DNA from: an uncultured Verrucomicrobiae bacterium
GTDB lineage: Bacteria > Verrucomicrobiota > Verrucomicrobiia > Limisphaerales > JAFGQR01
Reading direction: 5' to 3'
Assembly: GCA_963788655.1 (NCBI GenBank)
Contig: CAWBHS010000011.1
Coordinates: 62,120 to 126,119, forward strand
Length of the DNA: 64,000 nucleotides
Made by a program: the position numbers and the translations under genes
In this document: one piece after another, positions 10,375 through 21,182 of the stretch
Layout of the letters: each line of letters starts with the position of its first letter
Numbering within the stretch: the first letter of the stretch is position 1
The notes under the pieces: generated by a model
Told to the model about the DNA's origin: nothing
The model's database searches: none
What the model saw: only the letters and a program-made list of their open reading frames with translations

Positions 10375-13300
10375 ATGATTTGGATGAATGGAAAAATGAA
10401 GATTGCGATCATTGCCTTGCTCTCCTTGGGAATTGGATTTACGGCGACGACGGTATCCGGTTCCCTACGGGCGACCGACTTGCGCTGTGAATATCGTGAG
10501 AACCCGCTGGGGATTGATGCCACGGCGCCGCGGTTGCGTTGGGTCTTGGAGCCCAACAGTCGCCGGGCACGGAATCAAAGCCAGACTGCCTACCAAGTGC
10601 TTGTGGCCGGCACCCAGGATGACTTGGATAATGAACGGGCTGACTTGTGGGACAGCGGGAAGGTGGAATCCAACCAGTCCATTCACGTGCGCTATGCCGG
10701 CAAACCGCTTGAATCCCGGCAGGCGTGTTTTTGGAAGGTGCGCGTTTGGGACCAAGCGGGCGAGCCCTCGGCCTGGAGCAAACCCGCCCAGTGGACGATG
10801 GGCCTGCTTCAACCGGATGATTGGAAGGCCAAATGGATTGGGCTCGAGGGGATCCGCAAACAAAGCCTGCTCACCGGCACCCATTGGATATGGTTCGACG
10901 AAGGTCAACCAGACAAGAGCGCGTCGTTGGGGACCCGCTATTTTCGGCGCACCTTTGTGTTGCCAGAGAACCGCAAGGTCCAGTCAGCCCGGATGTTGAT
11001 CACGGCGGACAACGAGTATGTGTTGCTCATCAATGGCCGCCAAATGGGACAAGGCTTCGATTTCCACTCGGCGAATGAACACGACCTGACGTCCGTATTG
11101 AAACCCGGCACCAATTTGTTGGCGATTGCCGCCAAGAACTCCGGCGACAGCCCGAATCCCGCCGGACTGGTCGGGTTGTTGTGTATTGAATTTACCGAAG
11201 GCATACCGCTGTTGATTCCCACCGATGCAACATGGGAGGCTTCCGACCAAGCCGTGGATGAATGGGATAAGCTGGACAGGATGGACCCCGCTTGGCGAAA
11301 CGCGAAGAGCTTGGGGCCCGTCGGCATGGCACCGTGGGGAGAAGTCGCCGCGGGAGACAATCCCCAGTTGCCCGCTCGGATGTTGCGTCGCGAGTTCCAA
11401 GCCGAAGCCAAGGTTGAACGGGCGATGGTCTATTTCAGCGGCCTGGGACTGTCCGAGCTGTACCTGAATGGGAAGAAGGTGGGGGACGCGGTGTTGTCGC
11501 CCGGGCTCACGGACTACTCGAAACGCGTTTTTTATGTGAGTTATGACGTGACCAAATACCTCCGCAAGGGGGCTAACGCAATCGGCATCATTCTGGGCAA
11601 CGGCCGGTTTTTTGCGCCGCGCGACAAGGTGCCCACCGCCACGCGCACCTACGGATTTCCCAAGCTGCTCCTGCAATTGCGGATCGACTATACCGACGGA
11701 TCAGCGACCACCATTATCAGCGACGAAGCTTGGAAGGTGTTCACCGAGGGCCCCATCCGGGCCAACAACGAATATGACGGCGAGGATTACGACGCCCGCC
11801 GGGAACAGGACGACTGGGACCGACCGGGCTTTGATGATTCGCTTTGGCCGTCAGTCCAACTTGTGAAGGCGCCGGGGGGCATTCTGGCTGCCCAAATGAT
11901 TGAGCCGATCCGGGTCACCCAAAGGCTCAAACCGGTTGCGCTCACGGAACCCAGGCCCGGCGTCTATGTCTTCGACATGGGCCAGAACATGGTGGGTTGG
12001 TGCCGCTTGAAAGTGTCCGGGCCGGGCGGGACAGTGGTCACCTTGCGGCATGCCGAATTGTTGCGCGACGACGGCACGTTGTGCCTCGACAACCTCCGTT
12101 CCGCCAAAGTGACCGACACCTACACAATCAAGGGCAAATGGCGCGAAGTCTATGAGCCGCGGTTTACTTATCATGGGTTTCGTTACGTTGAACTGCGCGG
12201 TTATCCGGGCAAGCCCAGCCTGTCCACCCTCGAAGGGCAGGTGGTCAACGATGACGTGGCTGAGGCCGGCACGTTCGAGTGTTCCCAGCCTTGCTCAATC
12301 AGATTTACCATAACATCCGCTGGGGTGTGCGCGGCAATTATCGCAGCATCCCCACCGACTGCCCGCAACGGGACGAGCGCCAGGGCTGGCTGGGTGACCG
12401 TTCCATCGAATCCAAGGGCGAAGCGTTTCTCTTCGATATCGCCGGCTTGTATTCCAAATGGCTTCAAGACATGGCCGACGCCCAAACAGAAACCGGCAGC
12501 GTGCCGGATGTTTGCCCGCCTTATTGGCCGCTGTACAATGACAACGTCACTTGGCCCAGCAGCACGGTGATCATCCCCAATTCGTTGTACGAACAATACG
12601 GTGACCTCGAGATCATCTCCCGGCACTACGACAGTGCCAAGCAATGGATTGATTACATGACCCGGTTTCTCACCAACGGCATCATTGCTAAAGACAACTA
12701 CGGTGATTGGTGCGTGCCACCGGAGGATCCGAAACTCATACACTCGAACGATCCCAAACGCCAAACGTCCGGCGCGTTGCTGGCCACGGCGTATTTCTTC
12801 CATGATCTCCAACTCATGCAGCGTTACGCGAAGCTGCTGGGCCGGGATGACGACGAACAGCATTTTGGTCGCCTGGCGTTGGAAATCAATGCGGCATTCA
12901 ACACCAAGTTCCTGAACCGGACGGAAGGCTTCTACGACAACGGCACTCCGACCTCCTGCGTCTTGCCCTTGGCATTTGGATTGGTGCCGTCGGATTTCCA
13001 AGCACGAGTCTTTGGCCATTTGGTTGAGAATATCACCAACGTGACGGCCAGGCACATCGGCACCGGCTTGGTGGGCGGCCAATGGCTGAACCGCGTACTG
13101 GCGGATTTTGGTCGTTCGGATTTGGTTTACACCTTTGCCACGAACACCACTTACCCCAGTTGGGGTTATATGGTGGAACAGGGAGCCACCACCATCTGGG
13201 AACTGTGGAACGGCGATACCGCTGATCCCGCCATGAATTCCGGTAATCACGTCATGCTCGTTGGCGACCTGGTGCTCTGGTTATTCGAAGACCTCGCCGG

Positions 13301-13634
13301 GATCAAAGCCGATCCGGAACAGCCGGGCTACCAACACATCATCATGAAACCGCAGCCGGTTGGGAATGTGAGCTTTGTGAAGGCCAGTCATCGTTCGCCT
13401 TACGGCCTGATTGAAAGCCATTGGAGTCGAACGGATGAAGATTTTCTTTGGGACGTTACCATTCCGGCCAACACCAGTGCCACGCTTTACATCCCTGCGG
13501 CCAGCGAAGGCAGTGTGGCGGAGAGCGGCAAAACGGCAAGCCGGGCAGCGGGATTGCGCTTCTTGCGTCTCAAAGACGGTTGTGCGGTGTACCAAGCGGG
13601 TTCAGGCCGATATGCTTTCAGAAGCCGGCCATAG
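10375..13634 (+). CDS. Alpha-L-rhamnosidase (GH78), secreted, frameshifted near 12290
   Basis: LRCEYRENPLGID, LWDSGKV, DMGQNMVGW and PRFTYHGFRYV in ORF 10375..12570; IPTDCPQRDERQGWLGD, GATTIWELW and MNSGNH in ORF 12279..13634. Confidence 0.92.
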
Positions 13635-13750
13635 CTGACGCTTCCTCCGAGACCGGCAATGTCGGTCTTGATCAGCAACCTTTTCAGTAACATTGGCGAA
13701 CGGAGCTTTGGATTTCGGTGCCTCAATAAAGTCTCGGCAAGGTTGCTTCT

Positions 13751-13877
13751 TGGGTGCCAACGGACGTGAGCCCGCTCATTCTTTTCGCCTCTGAGAACGT
13801 TGGAGCAGACTTACGTCTGCTGCTACTGATCCGATGTGTTGGCCGCAATTCGCGATGGTTGTTTGAAAGTATCGCTG
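13751..13877. repeat. REP doublet family C with conserved flank, copy 1 (left arm partly deleted)
   Basis: CGGACGTGAGCCCGCTCA...AGCAGACTTACGTCTGCTGCTAC plus ~50 bp downstream aligns with 29946-30087. Confidence 0.7.
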
Positions 13878-13993
13878 CCGGAGTGCAGCGCAACTGTGGC
13901 GTCCACTTGCTTCCGCGGCTCTCCAAGTGAAAAGAAAAGACAGGCACTTGCGTGCCTGCCTTTATGTTAAATCCTGCTTCGCGAATTCGCCGG

Positions 13994-14575
13994 CTACTTG
14001 TCCTTCTTGCTCGGCTTCTTCTTGCTCGGCTTCTTCGGGGTCTTGACTTTCGGCGGCTTGGGCGGTTTGGGCGGTTTGAACTTCGAGGGTTTCTTCGAAG
14101 GTTTGTTCGGGGACAGCTTGCACGAGGCGATGCATGAGGTTCGGCTCGAAAACCCAAAGTCATCCACCAACAACATCCAACCTTTCCGGTCGAGCACCTC
14201 CTGATCCGGCAGCGCGATGCCTTCCCGCAGCAACAGCAGCACGTAATCCATCCCCTTCTTCGGTTTGCCCAGGTTGAAGAATTGCGCCAGCGATTCGGCT
14301 AAAACCTCTTTCGTCAACGCCGCATTCAGGTTCCAATGCTTTTGACTCTCCTTGGGGTCCATCTTTTGTTTCTTGGCCCACTTGACGTAGTCCTCGTCGG
14401 TCGAATTGGCGTTAAACAAACCGTCGTCGCCCGTCAATTGCGTCATCCATTTGATGTACTCTCTTTGGGTCATGGCCGGCAGCGACATGTCCGCATGCAC
14501 CTTGACTGGAGTCGCCAGGAAACTGAAACACACAAGAAGCCCACAACACAACGGCAGGGAAAGGTATCTCTTCAT
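13994..14575 (-). CDS. Hypothetical secreted protein with Lys/Pro-rich C-terminal tail
   Basis: Signal peptide MKRYLSLPLCCGLLVCFSFLATPVKVHA; tail KPSKKPSKFKPPKPPKPPKVKTPKKPSKKKPSKKDK. Confidence 0.7.
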   Translation of the reverse strand: MKRYLSLPLCCGLLVCFSFLATPVKVHADMSLPAMTQREYIKWMTQLTGDDGLFNANSTDEDYVKWAKKQKMDPKESQKHWNLNAALTKEVLAESLAQFFNLGKPKKGMDYVLLLLREGIALPDQEVLDRKGWMLLVDDFGFSSRTSCIASCKLSPNKPSKKPSKFKPPKPPKPPKVKTPKKPSKKKPSKKDK

Positions 14576-14863
14576 ACAACGTACTCGTCTTTTCGGGTTT
14601 ATCTGTAACTGATGCCCGAAACCTTCTCTCCCGCACGAAACGAAGTCAAGCAAAAAGGCGAATTTTTAATCTTACCGTATCTTTTACCCTGATTCGTTTC
14701 TGAAGCCGTCCTATTGGCATGCTTGGGAACAAGAGATTTCAGGTCACTAAAGAAGCTGACAATAAATTGGGAACCGCGTTCAACTGCAGTTCAAGAATTT
14801 TTAGATATGGATTCCAACGTCTTGTCCCCGTGGGTAATATAAAAGTTAATTGCACCATGGCCA

Positions 14864-17185
14864 TTAAGGCAACTGTTGCAATAATAATTGCGCGTCCGGG
14901 TATCCCGGTTGAATTTCCAAGGCCCGCTGAGCTGCCGAGCGCGCGGCCGCCACCTGGCCCAAGCGCGCATGGACGGTGGCCAGGGCGTAAGGAATTTGCG
15001 CCGAATTTGGCTCCAGTTGTTCCGCCTTGGAGAGCGCCTCCACGGCCCGCTCCGGCATATTCTGCGCCGAATAAGCCAGACCGAGATTGTACCAAGCGCG
15101 CGAATACTGAGGATTCAGATTCGTTGCTTCCTCAAGCGCGCTGGATGCTTCCGTGAGCTTGCCCACTTCATTCAAAGCCAGTCCCAGTTTGTAACGGTAT
15201 TCCGCCTCCCGCGGGGCTAAACGGCACGCGGCCTCGAGTTCGGTTACTGCTTTCGCTGATTCCCCGCGAATGCTATAGGCCACCGCCAGCGCCTGGCGCA
15301 ACGGAGCTGAGCCTGGGTCCCATTCCACGGCGCGCTTGAAATTCACTAGCGCGGCTTCCGGATTGCCGCGATCCAGGTTCCAAACACCTAATTGCATCAA
15401 CCCGGACGGGTGATCGCAGGTTTGTTCCAACGAGAGCAGTAAATCCTTTGCCGCCACGTTCGTTAGGTCAATGGACCGTCGCAGGGCCCAAGCCGCTCGC
15501 ACACGAACGGCCCGGCATGGATCATTCAGTAACTGCCGCAAGGTCCCTTCCGCTTCCGGGTACGTTTGCGGGGGGACGAATTCGAGTGATTGGGCGGCTA
15601 CTGACCGCACTAGGGGACTCTGATCCAGAGCGCACTTCACCAACGCGGCGGCGACATTGGTTTCTCCCGCCCAGAATTTCAGCAGTCCGGCCGCCACGGC
15701 GCGCCAGAGCGGAATATCCTCCTGTTCAATCATGGTGATCAAGTTCGCCTGGGCATTGGTAGTTCCCGCTCGTCCTTGTGCCACCCATTGCGCCCGGGTT
15801 CGTGTGTGGCGATTCATCTTATCGCCATACCACTTCTCGCAGTATTCCATGGACCAATCGACGGTTTTGTCTTGATGACAACGATTGCAGGCATTGGGGA
15901 TGTTGAATTGTTTGGTCAGCAGCGGATCGGGAATGGTGAATCCATGGTCGTGCCGCCAGTGGCGCGCCATATAAACCGTTTGCGGCATGTGGCAATCGGT
16001 GCAGAGATCACCGGCGGTGGTGGGCTTGTGGAAACTGTGCGTCGCGGGATCAATCGGTTTGGCCATCGGGAATTCCAGCGAGGGCTTTTCGTGGCACTGC
16101 ATGCACAGCGCGTTGCCGGCCAATAATCGTTTACCGGTGTGCGGATCGTGACAATTCATGCACGTGACTCCCGCCAGATGCATGCGACTGCCCAGAAACG
16201 CCGTGAACTCGAAATTTTCATCCCGCACCTGACCATCGGAATAATAGGTGTCCGTGTCGTCCGGGATCGTCAGCAAATAGTGGTCAAAGAAGCGTTGCCC
16301 TGGATGGAAATCGCCCGTCAGGTCATTCCGGCGCGCGTGGCAGGCGCCGCAGTATTCCATGGACAATTGCTTGTCCAGGCGGCGGATGGTGGGGTCGCCT
16401 TTCTTGTTGCCGCGGTGTTCTTGTTGCCAGGCGTTGTGATCGGCCATGGGGCCGTGACAGGATTCGCAACTGACGCCGTGCTCCTTATACGCCGTGTGAA
16501 ACGTGTCGCTGCCGAAGTCATAATTCTTGCGCACCCGGGTGTTATGGCAAAAGGCGCACATGGTGTTCCAAGTCATCCCCCGCCCGGTCCAATGGCCCCA
16601 TTCGCCGGGCTGCCGGTCTTCTTTGCCATATACGTCAAACCAGTCGTTGGTCCGGGAATCGGTGGCCAATTCCGTTACTTGAAACCGTCCGCGCGGTTCG
16701 GCGACCAAGAATTGGCGCAAGGGATCGACGCCAATGACCCGTTCAAGCGGAAAAGCCTGTTTGCCCTTCAGCCCCAAGGCCAGCAACTCGAACTGGCCGT
16801 TGGTGGCGAACGCTTCGGAATTCTGCTTGCCGTGACCAAACTCCTGAGGGGGGACAAACGACGGGCGATCCACGGCCGGCTCCACGAGTCGTTCTGCCAG
16901 CGCATGGTGCGAGTTGGTCCACGCGGTGTATTCCTTTTCGTGGCATTCCTGGCAACTGCGTGATCCGCCATAGGTGGCGAAAACGGTCGCATCCGGCTCG
17001 GTTTGATACGGGATGGGGTCCGCGGACTGTTGGGGTTGAGTTCGGACCTCGCGGGTTGACGCGACGTGCCACAGCCACCAGTTCAGCGTTATCAGTGCGA
17101 TGACCAAAAAGAAAATAAAGGTTCGGTAACCGCGGCCGGGCTGCCGGGCGGGGGCTTTGGAACTATGGTGGTTCTTCTTCAACAC
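14864..17185 (-). CDS. Octaheme cytochrome c family protein with HEAT-like and TPR C-terminus
   Basis: Eight CxxCH motifs (CQECH, CAFCH, CESCH, CGACH, CMNCH, CMQCH, CTDCH, CNRCH), an N-terminal TM helix and TPR repeats (AWYNLGLAY). Start uncertain (ORF extends to 17425). Confidence 0.85.
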   Translation of the reverse strand: MLKKNHHSSKAPARQPGRGYRTFIFFLVIALITLNWWLWHVASTREVRTQPQQSADPIPYQTEPDATVFATYGGSRSCQECHEKEYTAWTNSHHALAERLVEPAVDRPSFVPPQEFGHGKQNSEAFATNGQFELLALGLKGKQAFPLERVIGVDPLRQFLVAEPRGRFQVTELATDSRTNDWFDVYGKEDRQPGEWGHWTGRGMTWNTMCAFCHNTRVRKNYDFGSDTFHTAYKEHGVSCESCHGPMADHNAWQQEHRGNKKGDPTIRRLDKQLSMEYCGACHARRNDLTGDFHPGQRFFDHYLLTIPDDTDTYYSDGQVRDENFEFTAFLGSRMHLAGVTCMNCHDPHTGKRLLAGNALCMQCHEKPSLEFPMAKPIDPATHSFHKPTTAGDLCTDCHMPQTVYMARHWRHDHGFTIPDPLLTKQFNIPNACNRCHQDKTVDWSMEYCEKWYGDKMNRHTRTRAQWVAQGRAGTTNAQANLITMIEQEDIPLWRAVAAGLLKFWAGETNVAAALVKCALDQSPLVRSVAAQSLEFVPPQTYPEAEGTLRQLLNDPCRAVRVRAAWALRRSIDLTNVAAKDLLLSLEQTCDHPSGLMQLGVWNLDRGNPEAALVNFKRAVEWDPGSAPLRQALAVAYSIRGESAKAVTELEAACRLAPREAEYRYKLGLALNEVGKLTEASSALEEATNLNPQYSRAWYNLGLAYSAQNMPERAVEALSKAEQLEPNSAQIPYALATVHARLGQVAAARSAAQRALEIQPGYPDAQLLLQQLP

Positions 17186-17276
17186 AACTTGCCAGTGTTC
17201 GCCAAATATTTGAGCAGGAGTTGACGCGTAGGCAAAGGAGAAACGGCAGTGAGGAGGTGGATCACCGAAAACAGTC

Positions 17277-19301
17277 TTGCGCTTTGGGGAGGCTTCGCCG
17301 CCAATAGACCGAATCACGATGACCAACGCAGTGAACACAACCAATTCCGTGTCTTTGTCAACCAAGAGATCCAATTCACATGCTCCTGGGCACCTTGTCT
17401 GGATAGTAATTGCCGCCATCGCCAATGTGGGTATGGCTGCTGCCGCCGATTTTTATGTGGCTCCCCAGGGCAACGACGCCGGTCCCGGCACCCGCGACCT
17501 GCCCTTCGCCAGCCTCAGTCGGGCGTTGACCGCGACCCGCCAGTTGTCTGCCGACACGAAACCAAGAATCATCGTGCGGAGCGGCAGTTACTGGAATATC
17601 TCCCTCGTGCTCGGTCCACAAGACTCGGGATTGACGCTCGAAGCCGCGCCCGGCGAATCACCGATTCTCTACGGAGGACAATCCATCGCCGGATGGGAAA
17701 AAGCGGGCGAACATTTCTATGCCGCCCCGTTGCCGAAATTCCCAGTGGCCTCAGAAAAAGCTTCCGTCCTTCCCGATTGGGAAATCCGGGCACTCGAGGT
17801 AAATGGCCAGTTACGGTCGCGCGCACAGTATCCAGAAACAGGAGAATTACCGCACCTGACCTCGTTCGATGTCCCCTGGATGAGCAGCACCGGCGGCGGC
17901 TGGAAACGCAAGCCAACTCACGAAGAATTGACGACGCTGTGCTACCAACCGGGCCTGCTTCCGGCCGATCTTGAAGTGCGCAATGCCGAAGTGACCGTTT
18001 ATCACATGTGGGACGAATCGTGCGTTGGCGTGACGGCGCACGATCCGGTCAAAGGGATTCTGACCCTTGCGCCAGAAACGGGTCATCCGCCGGGAGCTTT
18101 TGGTGTGAAGAAATTTGTCATCTGGAACACGCGCGAGGGAATGACCCGGCCCGGTCAATGGTATCACGATCGCGTGCGGAACCGGATCGTTTATTGGCCG
18201 TTGCCGGGTGAAAACATGAATCGCGTGCCGGTGATCGCCCCGACGGTGACCACGATTTTGCGACTGGAAGGCCGCCGAAACGATCCGGTCAAACACGTCA
18301 CCGTGTGCGGCTTGACCTTTGCGGTCACGACAGTGCCGCTGGTCGCCGGCGGCTTTGCGGCGGCACGGTTCGATGGCGCGGTATCATTGGAACAAACCGA
18401 GGGCTGCACGTTCGCGCGGATCACTGTGCGCAACGTTGCCGGTCAAGGCATCAATGGCCGCCGCAATGTTACGGCCACCCGCATAATCGATTCGGAGATC
18501 GCCCATTGCGGCGCCGGCGGCATTTACGTGGGCGGCACCGGGTCGATGATCAGCAACAATCTGGTGCATGCCATCGGGCAGTCCTATCCGAGTGCCATCG
18601 GAATTTTTCGCGGCGGACGCGACTGCCGGGTCAGCCACAATGAAGTCCACGACTGCACCTATTCCGCGATCAACTACGGCGGCACCGGGAACGTGGTGGA
18701 ATACAACTTGATCTACGATTGCATGAAAGTACTGCACGACGGCGCGGCCATTTACATGTTCGCCGCCACCAACTGTGTCCTGCGCGGCAACGTGGCGCGG
18801 GACATCATCGATACCGGGGGTTATGGCGCCTCGGCGTATTACTTGGATGAACGCAGTTTCGATTGCGTCGTCGAAAAGAACCTTTCGCTACGGGTCTCCC
18901 GGCCGTTGCACAATCACATGGCCACGAACAATGTGATTCGCGACAATGTGTTCGTGGTGCCCGGCGACGCGCGCTTGACCTTCCCGCGGTCCACCGGGTT
19001 TACCATGGAACGAAACGTCCTCTACGCCACGGGCAAGATTCGAATCGAAGGCGTCAATGCCGTCACACGATGGTCGAAGAACCTGTTCTTCAGCGGTACC
19101 GGCAACATTGAATTGGTAAAATTGAATGGCTACCGCGGCGAGGGAACCGAAACAGGGGCGCCCGCAGACACGGTGGTGGCCGATCCCCGATTCCGCGATT
19201 GGCAGCACGGTGACTGTCGGTTTCAGCCAAGCTCGCCGGCAAACCAATTGGGGATCGAGCCGCTTGATGCCAGTAGGGCAGGGCGGGCGAAGGGGAAATA
19301 G
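17277..19301 (+). CDS. Secreted right-handed beta-helix protein (GH141-like / pectin lyase fold)
   Basis: Motifs FYVAPQGNDAGPGTRDLPFASL, PGQWYHD, LHDGAAIY and YYLDE. Start may lie further downstream. Confidence 0.75.
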   Translation: MRFGEASPPIDRITMTNAVNTTNSVSLSTKRSNSHAPGHLVWIVIAAIANVGMAAAADFYVAPQGNDAGPGTRDLPFASLSRALTATRQLSADTKPRIIVRSGSYWNISLVLGPQDSGLTLEAAPGESPILYGGQSIAGWEKAGEHFYAAPLPKFPVASEKASVLPDWEIRALEVNGQLRSRAQYPETGELPHLTSFDVPWMSSTGGGWKRKPTHEELTTLCYQPGLLPADLEVRNAEVTVYHMWDESCVGVTAHDPVKGILTLAPETGHPPGAFGVKKFVIWNTREGMTRPGQWYHDRVRNRIVYWPLPGENMNRVPVIAPTVTTILRLEGRRNDPVKHVTVCGLTFAVTTVPLVAGGFAAARFDGAVSLEQTEGCTFARITVRNVAGQGINGRRNVTATRIIDSEIAHCGAGGIYVGGTGSMISNNLVHAIGQSYPSAIGIFRGGRDCRVSHNEVHDCTYSAINYGGTGNVVEYNLIYDCMKVLHDGAAIYMFAATNCVLRGNVARDIIDTGGYGASAYYLDERSFDCVVEKNLSLRVSRPLHNHMATNNVIRDNVFVVPGDARLTFPRSTGFTMERNVLYATGKIRIEGVNAVTRWSKNLFFSGTGNIELVKLNGYRGEGTETGAPADTVVADPRFRDWQHGDCRFQPSSPANQLGIEPLDASRAGRAKGK

Positions 19302-19385
19302 CAATCACAGGACGGTCAGTGGTTGAAAAGTTAGGATGGCGGAGAACTTGTGCCAGTTGAGCAATTCTCAACCTGTGAATTCAGA

Positions 19386-19561
19386 CTGGTAGGGCGAGAC
19401 TCCGTCGAGCCCTGATTTCTCCTCAGTGCATTCAACAACCACGTGGTGAAGAAAGGGAAACCAGTGACGGTCGAAGCGCCGCAGGATTTCCGCGGTTTCG
19501 GATTATGGCATTTGGAAACGATGCGGAAAAATCAGGGCGCGACGGAGTCTCGCCCTACCAG
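19386..19561. repeat. GTAG-type REP doublet, family B
   Basis: 33-bp inverted arms CTGGTAGGGCGAGACTCCGTCGAGCCCTGATTT (19386-19418) and AAATCAGGGCGCGACGGAGTCTCGCCCTACCAG (19529-19561) with one mismatch. Confidence 0.85.
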
Positions 19562-19731
19562 GAGGTTGGTAACGCTCGCGCAAGCAACGCCCGCCACAGG
19601 CTGGACACAGTTCCGGCGAGCCGATACTCTCCGCTCATGCATTACCTCCCGCGACGTCTTCATTTTTTCCGGTGCGAATGTTTCCTCCCCTTGGCTGTGG
19701 ATGACCAATCCTTCCTACACGTTCGCCCAGC

Positions 19732-20958
19732 ATGAAATCCGGAGCTTCGACTTCGCCCCGGCAACTGGGATTGGTCAGCGCGGCGGCGCTGGTGGTGGCC
19801 AGCATGATCGGCACCGGCGTATTCACCACCAGCGGGTTTGCCTTGGCGGATCTCAAGTCACCCTGGATCGTGCTGGCGGTGTGGGTCGTGGGAGGCATCA
19901 TGGCATCCCTGGGAGCGCTGTGTTATGGCGCCCTGGCGCGACGCATTCCCGAATCAGGTGGCGAATACATTTTTCTTTCACGCACGTTGCATCCGCTGGC
20001 CGGACATCTGGCGGGATGGGTTTCCTTGCTGGTTGGTTTTTCCGCGCCGCTGGCGGCCGCCGCGATTGGCTTTGGTGAATATACGAAACTTTGGCTGCCG
20101 GGCTGGCCTCCGCAGTTGATTGGGACGCTCTTGATCCTGGTGTTTACGACGATCCATGCGCTTCATATCCAGCGGGGTGCCTGGCTGCAGAATGCGGCCG
20201 TGATTTTGAAGGTGGCACTCATTGTTGGTTTTGCCGGACTGGCTTTTGCCCGCTTGAATCCACCGGCGACGGAAGCATCGCCTGCTGTTTCCGCTACTAC
20301 ATTTGCCATGTCGCTGGTCTGGATTTCCTTCAGCTACTCCGGTTGGAATGCCGCGGTGTATATCGGTGGCGAAGTCCATAATCCCGAGCGCAATTTGCCC
20401 CGCGCCTTGTTGCTGGGTACCGGCCTGGTGACGTTGCTCTACCTTGCGTTGAATGCCATCTTCGTCTTTTCTGCGCCCGTCGAGCAATTGGCCGGCAAAT
20501 TGGAAATCGGCCAGATCGCCGCCGCCTCGCTGGGTGGTCCCGGCTGGGCCCATGCCGTCACGGCGGTGGTGGCGTTGGCGCTGATCACTTCGGTGTCCTC
20601 GATGGTGATGGCCGGGCCGCGGGTGTATGCCCGGATGGCGGCCGATGGGTATCTGCCCGGCTGGCTTTCGATGGGTGACGGCCCGCCGCGTGCCTCCATC
20701 ATTTTCCAATCCGTGATCGCCCTGATCATGCTCTGGACTGCAACGTACCAGACGTTGCTGACGTTCATTGGATTTACGCTCAGTTTGAGCACGGCGGCCG
20801 CGGTGATTGGTCTGGTCCGGCTGCGTTTGCGGGAAGGAAAACAGTTGCCAGTTCCGGGTTGGCCGTGGGTGCCGGGGCTCTTCCTGTTGGGCGTGCTGTT
20901 AATGGCGGCGCTGGCCGTTGTCCAAATCTCGCTGCCGGCCTGGAGGAAGCTTTTCTAG
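19732..20958 (+). CDS. Amino acid permease (APC family)
   Basis: Motifs SMIGTGVFTTSG, PESGGEYIFL, FSYSGWNAAVYIGGEVHNPERNLPRA and GPRVYARMA; many TM helices. Confidence 0.9.
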   Translation: MKSGASTSPRQLGLVSAAALVVASMIGTGVFTTSGFALADLKSPWIVLAVWVVGGIMASLGALCYGALARRIPESGGEYIFLSRTLHPLAGHLAGWVSLLVGFSAPLAAAAIGFGEYTKLWLPGWPPQLIGTLLILVFTTIHALHIQRGAWLQNAAVILKVALIVGFAGLAFARLNPPATEASPAVSATTFAMSLVWISFSYSGWNAAVYIGGEVHNPERNLPRALLLGTGLVTLLYLALNAIFVFSAPVEQLAGKLEIGQIAAASLGGPGWAHAVTAVVALALITSVSSMVMAGPRVYARMAADGYLPGWLSMGDGPPRASIIFQSVIALIMLWTATYQTLLTFIGFTLSLSTAAAVIGLVRLRLREGKQLPVPGWPWVPGLFLLGVLLMAALAVVQISLPAWRKLF

Positions 20959-21182
20959 CCGCGGGCTGGTTGAGCCCGGTGAGCCGGCAAGTCGATGAAT
21001 TTGGCCCGTTCCCGACTGCACAATCGATGAGAATATGTTTGTTAGCCCGATTGGTGCGGATGCTTGGCGCGGGCAGCTTCCGTCCGCTCTGCAAAAGCCT
21101 GCCAGCTTATCGTTCCTTGCTGAGGCGGCGGGTGTTTGGCTACACTCGAACCACTCGCTGAACAAAGAACGATGATACAACC

